Positions 24,707 through 35,983 of a stretch of 64,000 bases of DNA are shown here, in pieces. The position numbers were made by a program, and so were the translations under genes. The notes beneath the pieces are model-generated. The model was not told the DNA's origin. It worked only from the letters and a program-made list of their open reading frames with translations, and ran no database searches. This DNA is from Microthyrium microscopicum (taxonomy: Eukaryota): the NCBI GenBank assembly GCA_010405405.1, contig MU004231.1, positions 4,018,884-4,082,883 of the forward strand, in the 5' to 3' direction. Position 1 is the stretch's first letter, and each line of letters starts with the position of its first letter.

Positions 24707-27496
24707 ATTGGCCTCGCTGTCGGAGGAATCGGGATCGTCAGGATGATATAGGTCAATGTAGCCGTCTAGAAAGGCTTCGTAGTACTCGGACTTGTGGCTC
24801 GGAGGCGGAATTATGGGGGAGCCTGGGATATGATTGAGGTCGGTGAGGATCAGAGTGTCAGAGTCGTGGAATAACCTGGAGCGAGTGTCGGAGAGGCGGT
24901 GGAACGAAGGAGTAGTGAGGTCAGAGAAGCGGGCGGAGAGATTAGAGTTGAAGGAGCGAGATGTTTGGAAACAAGGACGGTGCTGAGCCTGCTGCTGGGC
25001 GGGAGAGGGAGACTGGGGAGACGAGCTGCCAACCTCCAGCAACGACTTGTCTCGCTGCTCCTGCTCCTCCTGCACAGCCCCTGTCCCGGTCCGACCTTCT
25101 ACTGGCTGTGGTCCAGCCAGCGTCACAGTGTCGATCTTATAAAGAGGGGCGCCAGTGGCAGAATAAATCTTGAAAATGCACAACTCATGGTGTCTGTAAA
25201 AGTTTGTAGAGGAAGTGGAGGTCAAGATGCAAGTTATGGAGTTGCAATTGCCTTATCATGCAGTCAGGGGCAGTTCCTTCCAAATACCGTAGTCCCAATT
25301 GTTCCTTCCTAGAATTTCCCACGCAGAACTAAGCAGTAGCGATCGAATGAAATGGCAGGAGCACCTGGTAAGATACGGCAGGCCAGGCGCTTGCTTCATT
25401 AAGTTCATTTTTCATTTTTGGAAGCTGCTACGGAGTGCTATTTACAACACCAAGTCTATACCCATCTCTGCGTTAATTGAGTATGCTATTGCTTGTGCTC
25501 ATTCACCTTCAATTAGTATTACTGTAGTATATCTGAAAGCTTCGTCCTACCTCCAGTACCTTCCAGCCTTCGCAAGTCACATACGGATATCATCACATAT
25601 CCATAATTGATGCATGCATATCCGACCGGCACCCCGTTTTCCAATGTTTCGGAAAAGGAATAGAACGGCATCTCCTTTTAGACGTGTCTATCAAAGTTCA
25701 TCGACTGCAAATTGAGGAATGAATTGGCATCTCAACTTCCAAACAAAGCGATACATATACCGAACCCACCAATCGTCTGCAATCATACATAAAGGTACTT
25801 TCAACTCCTCTAAATTGTACTTCAATTTCTACGTAGCCCCCGTCCTGTACATGTTGCCCTCCTTGTACAGTCGTTGGGTGTCCCTAAATCCTTCCAGCTC
25901 AATTTTAATATTACCTTACATTATATATTTTATCATTTCCATCCAAATGGCTCCCGGTCCTCCCATCAAATCAACCATTGGATCCCACACAAAATCCTGC
26001 CCCTAAAGAGAACCATCTCATCTGACCAGGACGCTTAAGCCGCCCCACGGCAATGTGCCAAAAGAAGGTCCAACGCCAGGCCTCCAGAGCCGCAAAGCAA
26101 GGTAATTTAAACATCCAGCGCCTGAGCCTTGTCGCTACTCTACATTTGTGCCAGGGAACGAAGATTCACCGCAATGCGCAAGTTGAAAGTTTGCCCTTAT
26201 TCCTGCACAGAATCCTGATAATTGTCTTGAATGGCCAGTCCACCTGCCTGAACTAGGCTGCGCATGGAAGCTTGTCAATATGCGGGAGAACTCTATCCGC
26301 GGCTGTTCATAGAACTCCCAATCTCCCCCGGTATGAATCTCCAAGTACTGATAAGTACACTCTATCGGTACACTCTTGAAGACCTTTGGTAAAGTACTGG
26401 GTACTTGGTGATGTCACACGTTATCTCCCTAGATGTTCTCAAACAACCTGCTAAAGGGTGATCGAAACGAGCGACTCGCTTGTTCAGTTTCACACATCAA
26501 CCTTCCAGAAATCCAAAAGAAGTGACATTTGTCTCGGGTTTAAGTGAATCTCAACAATCGACGATTTTCTCCAGACTTTTTGATACTTTGACGCCACACG
26601 GGCCAAAAGCGCAATCAACGGCTGATGGGCCAGACAGAAACGCCTTGTTGGGATTTCTGTCAATGCCCAGACAACCAAAAGGGTGCCACCCTTTGCATAC
26701 AAGGCTGTGAATGGTCAGTTTTTGCTACAGCGAATCTGTCGTTCGCTTGCAAGGATGCAGTCGGGTGCCCTGTGATTCCGCCACAGTACGCCACTTGTGT
26801 TCTTTTTTCTTCTCCATCATCGCAACATTTGATGAAGATTTTGAAGATTGATGTCCAACATCAGCCTGATGAAGACAAGTTGGATGCGCAATTTTGTGTT
26901 CTAGATTCCCTTCCTGCGAGGCCTCGTGTTCTGCAGGAACTGCGCCTCATTATTCGCCTCCGGCCAATGGTTCAACGCATCATTCTCATGCCAATATTCG
27001 ATAATATCCTGCAACAATCACGTTTGGGTTGTTTAAGGAGGGTGCCGAATTGAAGACAGTTTGGGCGGAGATTCCCTTTTCATACAGATTCCCTTTTCAT
27101 ACAAGCCTCATCGTCCAACTCGATCAAAGGCGTTGAAGTTGGTGTAAATCGCCCCATTTGCAGAGCCAGCAGTTGGCCCACGCACTTGCTGTTACGAGGC
27201 CTCTGTACTTGCTTTTCTTGACGACACACCTTTGATGAGAAATTGGTCGTGAGGCTTTGCCCCTTTTGCAAATCATCGTGTTCTTGCACTTGGTTCGAGC
27301 GTTGGAAGTTGGGTGCTTTTTGGTTTCTACGGCGAGATTGTCGTGATCGCCTTGAATCTCGAGGTTTAGCAAGGATCAGGAGTTGTTCATCAACTCCTTC
27401 TGTCATTCATTATTATGAAGAAATAAGATTGTTTCCTGTGCTGACTTTAGTAGGTATGTTTGTTTAGCACTCTCAGTTCACATCTCATGTCGCCAT

Positions 27497-30478
27497 CTAG
27501 CGTAGCTCGAATTTTTCTTCCTTACTCTTCAGCCAGGAGGATTCACGGAACTCTATGATCTCTCCATCCATAATGTTATCAACATATGCCTCTCCAATCA
27601 GTTTCCAAGATATTTTTCCATCGGATGCAACTTGATCACGCAGGACTACTGGAACGCTGCAGCCGTAGAGAAGGCATACCCTGTCTCCAACTTTGGCTGC
27701 TTGAGGTGCTAGACCCACCAACGAGACATTTTCAAAGGCTGGCTCTGATGAGGCTCGAAAAGTCTTCCGATTCCAGATTACGTCTCTCACAATCTCCAGG
27801 TAAGTCCTAACGTGATCATGCAAGTCTGTATTCAAGAGCTCCTCGACATCAATACTGGAGACATTATCGAGTAAGTCGGCATGCCTACCCGAATCGCTTT
27901 CATCACCTGCTTCAGTCGATAACTGCAACAGATGTGACATAGCAGATCTATAGAACGTTGGCGCAGGGTTACCATTGTCGTCTCGGTCTGCGCACATGGT
28001 TCGCCAAATAACGTCCGGAATACTAGGTGATCTGTGGTAATCATTTTGAAGCGATGATAACAGAGGTTTCAAACAGTCTTTTGTGATCATGGAGCCAGCC
28101 ATTCTCATTGACGTTTTGGAAACCTTTCCCAAAATGATGCCTTGCACATATAGCGAACCGTTGCATTTGCGTTCCGCATCTCTTTCCATGCGAGCTATAG
28201 GTTTTGTATAGTAGTGACAATTGTACACTCTTTTGGAACTGGCGTCAACAAGCACTTTACCGTGTTGCCGATGGTTTAGTAGAAGTGCAGGGTCACCAAA
28301 AGGTTGGCGATCTCTAGTTGCTATCCATGATGGCAGAGAATGACTGCTGGCAGTCGCGATCGAGGTAATATCTGTAGGATGTCTACTGGTCGACGGTGCC
28401 CATGGTCGACAAATGATGTCCAAGGAGTCGTTTTGATGAATGCAATGCTCTACAAATTCCGTATATACGTCTAAAACGGGTTTACTGTAGTCAGGTTCTA
28501 TTGTGCGCGAGATGTGGGCCAACGATGGCTTTATCGAGGGTAAGGACGCATCGCGTGCCAAGCTCAATAGCGAATAAACGGTGTCTCGATGATCAGAGGT
28601 GTCACTAAACCGAGCCAAATCCATGAGTGTCTCTAACGGCAGGCTGGTTCTTCGCATTATTGTCTCAATGATATCGAGTAAGCGAACCGCAGGTGAGTCT
28701 CGGAAATTAGCCAACAATCCGAACGGCGAACCCTGATTCAGTTGTATAACGATTGGAGTCGCTTTACTAAGCTTCGCTCGCACCAGGTTTACCGCGTCCG
28801 AAAACAAGCTCATGTAAACTTGACGATCACCGCAGTATATGGTTGTGTTGCTTGACATAGCAGCTTCTTGGAGCACCCATCGGCGTCTAAACCAAGCCCT
28901 CTCGAGGAGTCGAGCTAAGGCGACAAAGCCGTAGTCTAGCCACCATTTGCCTTTCCAAATATATTGCGGCTTCACAATTTCCGTGATGAGGTCTATGGCC
29001 AAGTTGCTTGTGGAGTCTTTCTCACCCAGCCAGACCATGACACCTGTAGCATTCTTGTAGATCTGTGCCATTTGTCTAACCTGAGTTTTCTTCTCCATCT
29101 CGTCCTCTTGGCGAATACAAATGCTGTCAATCCAAATATGTATTGAGCCAGATCGTAGTCGAATTCTTTGTAGGGCGTGATAAAGATTGGATCGAACGTT
29201 CCTAGTCGCGCCATTAAGAGAAATCGGATGAAGATCGGGCTCGTCACCCCAAGTGTAGCTTAGAGCATAGTACGTTGGAGCGCTGGAAAAGTTATACGTT
29301 CTCACATGTCCCACAAGTCTTTCTCCATCCGTACCGCTTTCGAGCGTAATGATTCGAAGCTGCTGATTAGCAAGACGTAAGCTTGGGTGGAACGTCATAG
29401 GCGAATCATTAGGGTCGTTCCTGTCTTCATGTCCTTTATCACTATGATGTTCGTCGTCTTGATCTCTGAATTGAGAATCCGGAGTGCTTGCGACCGGCTT
29501 GTTTCTCTCCGTACTTCTTCTTACTTGGCCAGTTCCATTCATTCCAGTAGCAAGCAAAAGACTGTGGGTCGTTTCCCGGTTTTGGGTGTCCTTGATAGCC
29601 AGCTCAGCAAGTAGTCTTTGCACATAGACCAGGCCAGGCTCCAATGGAGATTTCTTCAGCTTTGAAATAACTCTGCTGGTGAAGGCTCTATAGCCGACTG
29701 AGGTCTTCGCAATCTCCAGTGCAAGTCTTCGGTAAGCATTATCCCCCTCACCGTAGATGAGCGGCATGACAATGTCGAAAATACCAAGCAAACAATACGC
29801 GCCATCTTCGATCCGTGTGGTCTGACGGTTCGCAGCCCAAGACAACCGCTCTGTAACAGCCCAGGTTGACAAAGCGCTACCATTTAAGACACTTTGAGGG
29901 ACTCCAGTTATCTCGTTAATCAGGTCCTCCAATGAGCCTTTATCGCCCAGAAGATGCTTATCATGTGAGAAAAAGGACACTGATCGTGGGGCAATCAATT
30001 CTTGTAGTGTCCAGCCGCGTGTGAACCATTTCGCCCTACAAAAGTCTTCTTTCCATTTTTGTGGCAAGGTCTCTTGTATTGAACCTATAGCTGTTGACTT
30101 CTCAGCCACCGCGACCCAATCGTCTGACGGATCAGAGGGTCCCCAAACGTCCATAAGGCGGACATAGCAGCGACTCGCATTGCGATACCAGCTAAACATC
30201 GAATTGATCGCTTCACTGAGCTCCGCGCTACTGCTTTTATCAATGCAGCAGGTGTCGACCCAGAAGTAATCCAGGCCATCTTCCTTCGCTTGTTCACCGC
30301 AGAAGCGCACCTTTTCATAGCCTTTCTTCGCCTGAATGGAACCATCCACTAAGTCTCTGTAGGTGGCTTCATCTGCGTCCCAGGTATGCGAAAGTATGGC
30401 GTAAGACGGGATATGATCTGGATTGATAAACTCGTTCCAGGCGATGTCGCCATTTGCTTTGAATGATAATAGTCGCAT
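27497..30478 (-). CDS. Heterokaryon-incompatibility protein with two HET domains in tandem
   Basis: First HET: MRLL, YAILSHTW, WVDTCCIDK..SAELSEAINSMF.WY, WFTRGWTLQELIAP. Second HET: YYALSYTWG, WIDSICIRQ.D..EK..QV..M..IY, WF.RRWVLQE, with a HET-6-like tail GD.VCLLYGCSVPVVLR...LIGEAYV. Intronless. Confidence 0.92.
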   Translation of the reverse strand: MRLLSFKANGDIAWNEFINPDHIPSYAILSHTWDADEATYRDLVDGSIQAKKGYEKVRFCGEQAKEDGLDYFWVDTCCIDKSSSAELSEAINSMFSWYRNASRCYVRLMDVWGPSDPSDDWVAVAEKSTAIGSIQETLPQKWKEDFCRAKWFTRGWTLQELIAPRSVSFFSHDKHLLGDKGSLEDLINEITGVPQSVLNGSALSTWAVTERLSWAANRQTTRIEDGAYCLLGIFDIVMPLIYGEGDNAYRRLALEIAKTSVGYRAFTSRVISKLKKSPLEPGLVYVQRLLAELAIKDTQNRETTHSLLLATGMNGTGQVRRSTERNKPVASTPDSQFRDQDDEHHSDKGHEDRNDPNDSPMTFHPSLRLANQQLRIITLESGTDGERLVGHVRTYNFSSAPTYYALSYTWGDEPDLHPISLNGATRNVRSNLYHALQRIRLRSGSIHIWIDSICIRQEDEMEKKTQVRQMAQIYKNATGVMVWLGEKDSTSNLAIDLITEIVKPQYIWKGKWWLDYGFVALARLLERAWFRRRWVLQEAAMSSNTTIYCGDRQVYMSLFSDAVNLVRAKLSKATPIVIQLNQGSPFGLLANFRDSPAVRLLDIIETIMRRTSLPLETLMDLARFSDTSDHRDTVYSLLSLARDASLPSIKPSLAHISRTIEPDYSKPVLDVYTEFVEHCIHQNDSLDIICRPWAPSTSRHPTDITSIATASSHSLPSWIATRDRQPFGDPALLLNHRQHGKVLVDASSKRVYNCHYYTKPIARMERDAERKCNGSLYVQGIILGKVSKTSMRMAGSMITKDCLKPLLSSLQNDYHRSPSIPDVIWRTMCADRDDNGNPAPTFYRSAMSHLLQLSTEAGDESDSGRHADLLDNVSSIDVEELLNTDLHDHVRTYLEIVRDVIWNRKTFRASSEPAFENVSLVGLAPQAAKVGDRVCLLYGCSVPVVLRDQVASDGKISWKLIGEAYVDNIMDGEIIEFRESSWLKSKEEKFELR

Positions 30479-30787
30479 GTCGTTCGTAGGGACCGGAATA
30501 AGTCTCAGTCCAGGTTCAACGGACACAAAGTGCTGAAAGTTGGACTTCGATGGATATAGTCGCTAAGTCTAAGTATTGTAATATCTACAGCATCGAGGTT
30601 TCTCCTGAGGCCGCTTTTTTGTCCTAAACGCTTCGTAGCTTAATGCAACGCTGAGGCTGTGTATCTGTGCCTCACGGCTGACGTGGACGATGAGCTGCGG
30701 AGCTTTATTTCCCCTCGGCATCTTGTGGTTGGCTGCCTCAGTATCAAGATCCTCTCTGTTACATTAGAAGATCGAATAATATCGTAA

Positions 30788-30872
30788 TTGAAGCAGTCAC
30801 CCTTTAAGAAGTGTTATGACAGCCATCGTAATTGCTGGGAGCTCCATCAAACCTACTCACTTATTTTGTTCC
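30788..30872 (+). repeat. Dispersed ~85-bp repeat, copy A
   Basis: 65/85 ungapped identity to 34687-34771 by hand alignment. Confidence 0.75.
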
Positions 30873-31166
30873 GCTAGAGCCAGCGTAGACTCTACCCTCT
30901 TCGGGAATCTCAACTTCTTCTCCAGAAAAACAACAGTGCCCAGACCGCTCTTGACCACCATCATCTCTCACTCCCCATTTCACCGGTCGTTGTGCTGTAT
31001 CTTCACCAAACTCCTTGTCCCTAAGATGGCACATGGCGCTCATAACCGCACTACAGCTCCCAGCAACAGGCATCGCATGACGGACCTTAAGTCTGCCCAT
31101 CGCAACCACACCTACCAGCATAATACACCCAATGATAATGACACCCAGCATTGCACGCGGTGAAAT
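30861..31166 (-). pseudogene. Isolated C-terminal fragment of a widespread fungal multi-TM protein family (DUF6536-associated)
   Basis: SP.AM + TM helix + MPVAGSCSAVMSAMCH...PVKWGV...GHCCFSGEEVEIP..G.VYAG is the typical C-terminus of that family. No upstream coding sequence is recognisable. Confidence 0.7.
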
Positions 31167-31634
31167 ATGCTTTCGGATCCCTGATTCAGGCGGTGGGAGT
31201 GATTGTGACTATTTGGAATGGAGAGATATAGGAACCGCAGAATAGGCGAGTGGTTTTCTGAACATCATCGGAAAATAAAGCAGCTGATGATTGGAAATGA
31301 GTTTCAAGGATACCTAGCATACTCTGCTCTGTTGTATGGAGTACGGGGCATTTGATATTGTTCTGCAAGTTGTCCGATTCAAGCGACTACAAGCCAATGA
31401 GTTGGCTAGCGCGTCGCTTGAATCTTCATTATTTGCTCTTTACTACGGAGTACACATGCGCCCCGTCTGAAAATTAAAGCTGCCTCATGAGCTATGATGA
31501 GGCTGTGCTACTCTGTACTCTCATTTTCACGGCATAGCCACTGTTCCTCCCATGATGGTGGATATCGAGTTCTCGCAGCCCGATGAAACTAGTTTCAGCT
31601 TTACTTTTCCTGCATTTGGTCCAAATATATCAAG

Positions 31635-34456
31635 ATGGATCCTCTCAGCGCCCTGAGCGTCTCATCAAGCGCGATACAGATTGTTGATTTTAGCGCGAAG
31701 CTTGTCAAGCGAATCCACGAGATTTACACATCGGAGACTGGCGAGATCAAAGAATATAAGCAGCTCAGGAATGAAGCCGAAAACCTGAAGACGGTGAACC
31801 AGCATTTGATCAAAGCGCTCAATCCGGAGAAACTGAACAGGCAGCTCTCGGAGATCGAATTGGCAGCCGTATCTTTGTCTCAAGAATGTGATGCAATTGG
31901 GGGAGAACTTCTTGCTGTGCTCGAACGCGTCTCTATTGATATCAGAATTTGGCACGACAAGACCTATTATCACGCGAAATGGCAAGCTATGCAAAAAGCT
32001 ATCAAGGCACTGTGGATGCGAAAGAATATAGAACATCTGAAAACGCGATTGGACGCTGCGAATCAAAGATTATCAACCAGCATCTTGGTCAACCTCCAGT
32101 AAGCTTTTGATTCTATTCCATCACAGATCTCAACTAATCCCATGTTAGGCAAGATCTCTCCACTTTCAGCGCCCAAATTGTACGTGATTCGAATCAACAG
32201 TTCAGTTGGGGTAGTGCTCAACCAATTCGCCAGTGGCTGGAAACGAATACCAAGGACAATCAGCAATGGCAGAAAAATATACTAGAAGCAGTGAACAAGA
32301 GCAACGAGAAGCTTCTATATGCTATCGGCTCCACGCAGGATGAAACTATACCAGACTGGAAAGATACACTTGTGGCTGGTAATATCATGGATAGACTTCT
32401 TGAAGCTCTCAAATTTCCAGAAATGCCGACACGATATCAACGTGTAGCACGAGCTCATGCCAAAACGTTCGAGTGGATCTTTTCTGAGCCGGAGCCATCA
32501 GTAGAGCATGCATGGCAAAGCTTTAGACAATGGCTTCAGACCGGACAGGACATTTACTGGATAACTGGCAAGGCAGGTTCAGGAAAGTCAACTTTGATGA
32601 AACTCATATATAATGATCCGCGCACAACGGAGATGCTACAGTTGTGGCGCCCAAACAGTCATATATTGACAGCAGCGTTTTTCTCGTGGAATTCTGGAAC
32701 TGCTCTTCAAAGATCACAGATAGGCCTACTACGCACCCTTCTACATCAAGCCTTGACAGCACGACGAAAGGCAGTAAAACAGACAATGCCGAACAGATGG
32801 GATGCCGTAAGTCTCGCGAGAGACTTTAGTGCCTCATGGAGCTGGTCTGAACTCTTACAAGCCTTTCGCTTCGTCGTTGAAGATGAATCAGACGACATCA
32901 GTTACGCCTTTTTCATTGACGGCTTGGATGAATTCGAGGGAGACAAGACGGATCTTCTTGCGCTCCTGCAGAATATCGAAAGTTATCCAAACGTGAAGCT
33001 TTGTGTCTCAAGTAGGCCATGGGTTGTATTTGAGGACGCCTTCAGCCTGAGGCCAAGTTTGATGATGCAATATCGGACTTACAAAGATATACGACTCTAC
33101 GCCGAGACAAACCTGCTCAAGCATCCCGGGTTCAAGGAACTCAAACTTGCATATCCAGACAATGCTTCGCAGCTTACTGAACAGATATCGTCCAAAGCAT
33201 CTGGAGTATTTCTCTGGGTCGTCTTGGTGGTTAATTCGCTCAAGAGAGGTTTTACAGATGGCGACAGACTCTCTGACATTCACGACCGCCTGGATCATTT
33301 GCCAGAACAGCTTGAAAAGCTCTTCTCCAAGATACTGCGCAGTCAAGAACCAGAGTATTACAAACAGGCCACACGTTATCTTCGACTGGTACGTGCCGCG
33401 AAAACCCCACCGTCTCTCACCTTACTTTCGACTGCCGACAAGGAAGATGGGCAGCAAACATTTGAATACCCTCCGGACTCTTTTAGCCACGCCAAGTTAG
33501 TCTATAGAGCAAACAACATGAAAAGACGTTTGGATAGCAGATGTAAAGGTCTTCTCGAAATCCCGCTTTCTCGATTGACCTACAGCCGAAGTGATAAGAA
33601 GACGAGAAAAGAGGAGTTTGATTTGGCACATACTCCGGTGGGGTATCTGCACCGCACTGTGAAAGACTTCCTCGAGAAGCCATCAGTATGGGCCGAGATC
33701 GTATCTGCGGATCCAGAGTATGATCCAATGTCAAATCTCACTCGCGCACTCATCGTACATTTACGAGAAGAGATTGTAGGGTATGGCAACGCTGCTCGCC
33801 TGGAAGCCAACCCCCTATTGGTAATACGTGCCAACATGTCTCTATGCTTGAGCCACGCTTTGGAAGCTGGGAGTAGTGATACTACCTATCAAACGACTCT
33901 TCTTGACCAACTGGACAAAAGAGCTAGCGCTGTTTTCTCAGAGATGGATGTAAGATTGTTCCACACAGATCCGTACAACATGATGTGGTCAGACTACGAC
34001 AACAAAACGCTGCATTGGTCCTGTTATGGTGCTGGATGTGAAGTAAAGAAAGCAACGACGTTTCTGGATCTTGCAGCGAAATGTAATCTTGTCGACTATC
34101 TTAAGGTAAAAATCCTGGAGTTGAACCTTACTGAGGCAGATCGACGAGTATTGTGCACAAGACTTCTTCGTTCTTCTGTTCAGACGAGATCTTGCTGCCC
34201 AGATTTCGAGCATGTCATACCAGATAAAACGAGTGTAGAGATGGTAGATTTGCTTTTAGCCTATGGTGCAGCCCCGGATCCTGCCTTGCAGTATATCAAG
34301 GCCAGGACTTATCCACAAGAGCGTGAGGATGATCCGATCTGGAAAGGCATTATAAAATCCTTGGAAAAAGCCTCGGAAAAGTGTGGGTCGTTCAACATAC
34401 CAACTAGGAGGCGTACCTGGGTCAGTACCAGATTAAGGTCATGGTATTGTGGGTAG
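31635..34456 (+). CDS. NACHT-domain (fungal NLR-like/STAND) protein with N-terminal HeLo-like/SesA-type helical domain
   Basis: MDPLSALSV...IQIVDF N-terminus and intron 32099-32148. Motifs AH.KTFEWIF, Walker A WITGKAGSGKSTLMK, Walker B FFIDGLDEF, CVSSRP, ASGVFLWV and YLHRTVKDFL. Confidence 0.92.
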
Positions 34457-34554
34457 TACATTGAGGTATCACATAAGATCTTCAGGCTGCAGGTAAAGCT
34501 CTTCCACTCTTGGGCAAGTAGTCTAACTATGGCTAATTGATATTGCCTCTTTCA

Positions 34555-34771
34555 GGACCAGATAAGTGAGCCGTTTTGACGACTAGCCATCGACGACGAT
34601 GGCTGCCATAATACATCTTGCAGAGTTATTGCTTCAATTCCCATTAGTGTATAGAACTTATATCAGATTACCGACCACGATGGTTTTTGAAGAAGTGACC
34701 TTATAAGAATTGTGACGGCAGCCATCGTACCCAATGGGAGCTTCATCCAGACGGCTCACTTATTTTGTCCC
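34555..34771. repeat. Degenerate inverted repeat (copies C and B of the ~85-bp repeat)
   Basis: 34555-34637 (ggaccagataagtgagccg...acgatggctgcc...gcttcaa) is a roughly 70% reverse complement of 34687-34771. Confidence 0.7.
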
Positions 34772-35428
34772 TCGAGGGACTGTGTAGAAGATTGCTTTTA
34801 ACCTTGCACACAATTCCCGCCTCAGATATTGGTCTAGACTTTAACTTTGGGAACCCGGAAAGCTGAAAAGACCTCGATATGCCTCGCCGAGAGTCATATT
34901 CTATATAAACTCTACGTTGACAAATACTGCTTATGGTTCTTAAACGATCCGAACAGCCAATGTCGAGCTCATCAACGATCGCGCCAAAAAGGTTTGACAG
35001 GATTACTACCTATCAAGCCGTCTAAGCCTCCTTGGGAGAAGAGTACGCCCACGAGGAGCCAGGATAGCTTCAAGTACATGCATAGCTCAAAAAGCCTCGG
35101 AGCACTTGGTTTATAAGCGATGATGAGAATCAAAAGATGTACTGGCATTTAATTTCCTCATCTGGTTATAAAGAACACAATAGTTCAGGCAAGGACGTCA
35201 CATGTGTCAAGAAAAATTGAAATCGATGTAGACAATAATAGTGTTTATATTAAACGGCATGCATCATACAATTACATCATACGCTCATGCCCGCCAAAAC
35301 ACCAAACGCAAAATAGCAAACTGGTATCAAGTACTAGTCATCATGGACATAACCAAACCACCATCCACCCTTCCATTCCTGGACATTCAGAAGCAGTCGT
35401 TTGCTTGTCCCATTGCACATTGATCCCT

Positions 35429-35983
35429 TTAGATGAATCGGCGACGACGGCGACCACCCTCTACATCTGCAGTGGTGGTAGTAGTAGCGTGACGCTTGTT
35501 GACCTTGTGGTACACATACATGCCCTGTACAACATTAGCATATTATTCTATGATTGGGAGTCATAATGAACTTACCAACAACGCACTCGCCAACCAAAAG
35601 ATAGCTGCCAAAAACGCAAACGCCTCATCCGCCTTCCACTGGTTGCACACACCAGAGTGCTCAAGACCGCTCCACTGGAACGCGCCACCACAGTCCATCT
35701 TGTGCAGCCAGTTGACGAGGACTGCAAACGCCGCGAACCACGCAGCGCTCATCAGCAGATCGAAGGGATAGTGCATGATCGCGGACGTGAATGGGAGCAG
35801 CCACAGGAGGGCCATGAGGGTGGAGATGACGGCGATGACTTCGACGTAGATGCTGCGGCCGAGTGGGTTGACGCCATATTTGTGGTGTTGGTAGAGGAAG
35901 TTGGCTGTGATGCCGAGAACGACGGCTCCGCAGACGAATTCTGCGAAGCGGAAGATCATGGAGAGGAGGCGGGACATGATCAT
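35429..35983 (-). CDS. MARVEL-domain four-TM membrane protein
   Basis: R.AEF..GAVVLGI, IY.EVIA, DLLMSAAWFAAF and CNQWKADEAFAFLAAIFWL. Intron 35525-35575; stop TAA at 35429-35431. Confidence 0.88.

Noticed and set aside
26345..26404. Five GTAC tetramers within 60 bp
   Set aside because: Short motif with no adjacent gene start or known fungal factor to tie it to.
26480..27467. Cluster of short ORFs and a 17-bp tandem duplication (27069-27102)
   Set aside because: No consistent frame, splice pattern or motif. It may be a decayed gene but I cannot support that.
29340..29720. Amyloid signalling motif in the HET-HET linker
   Set aside because: The linker is charged (D/E/H/R), without the N/Q/G pseudo-repeats of HET-s, PP or sigma motifs.
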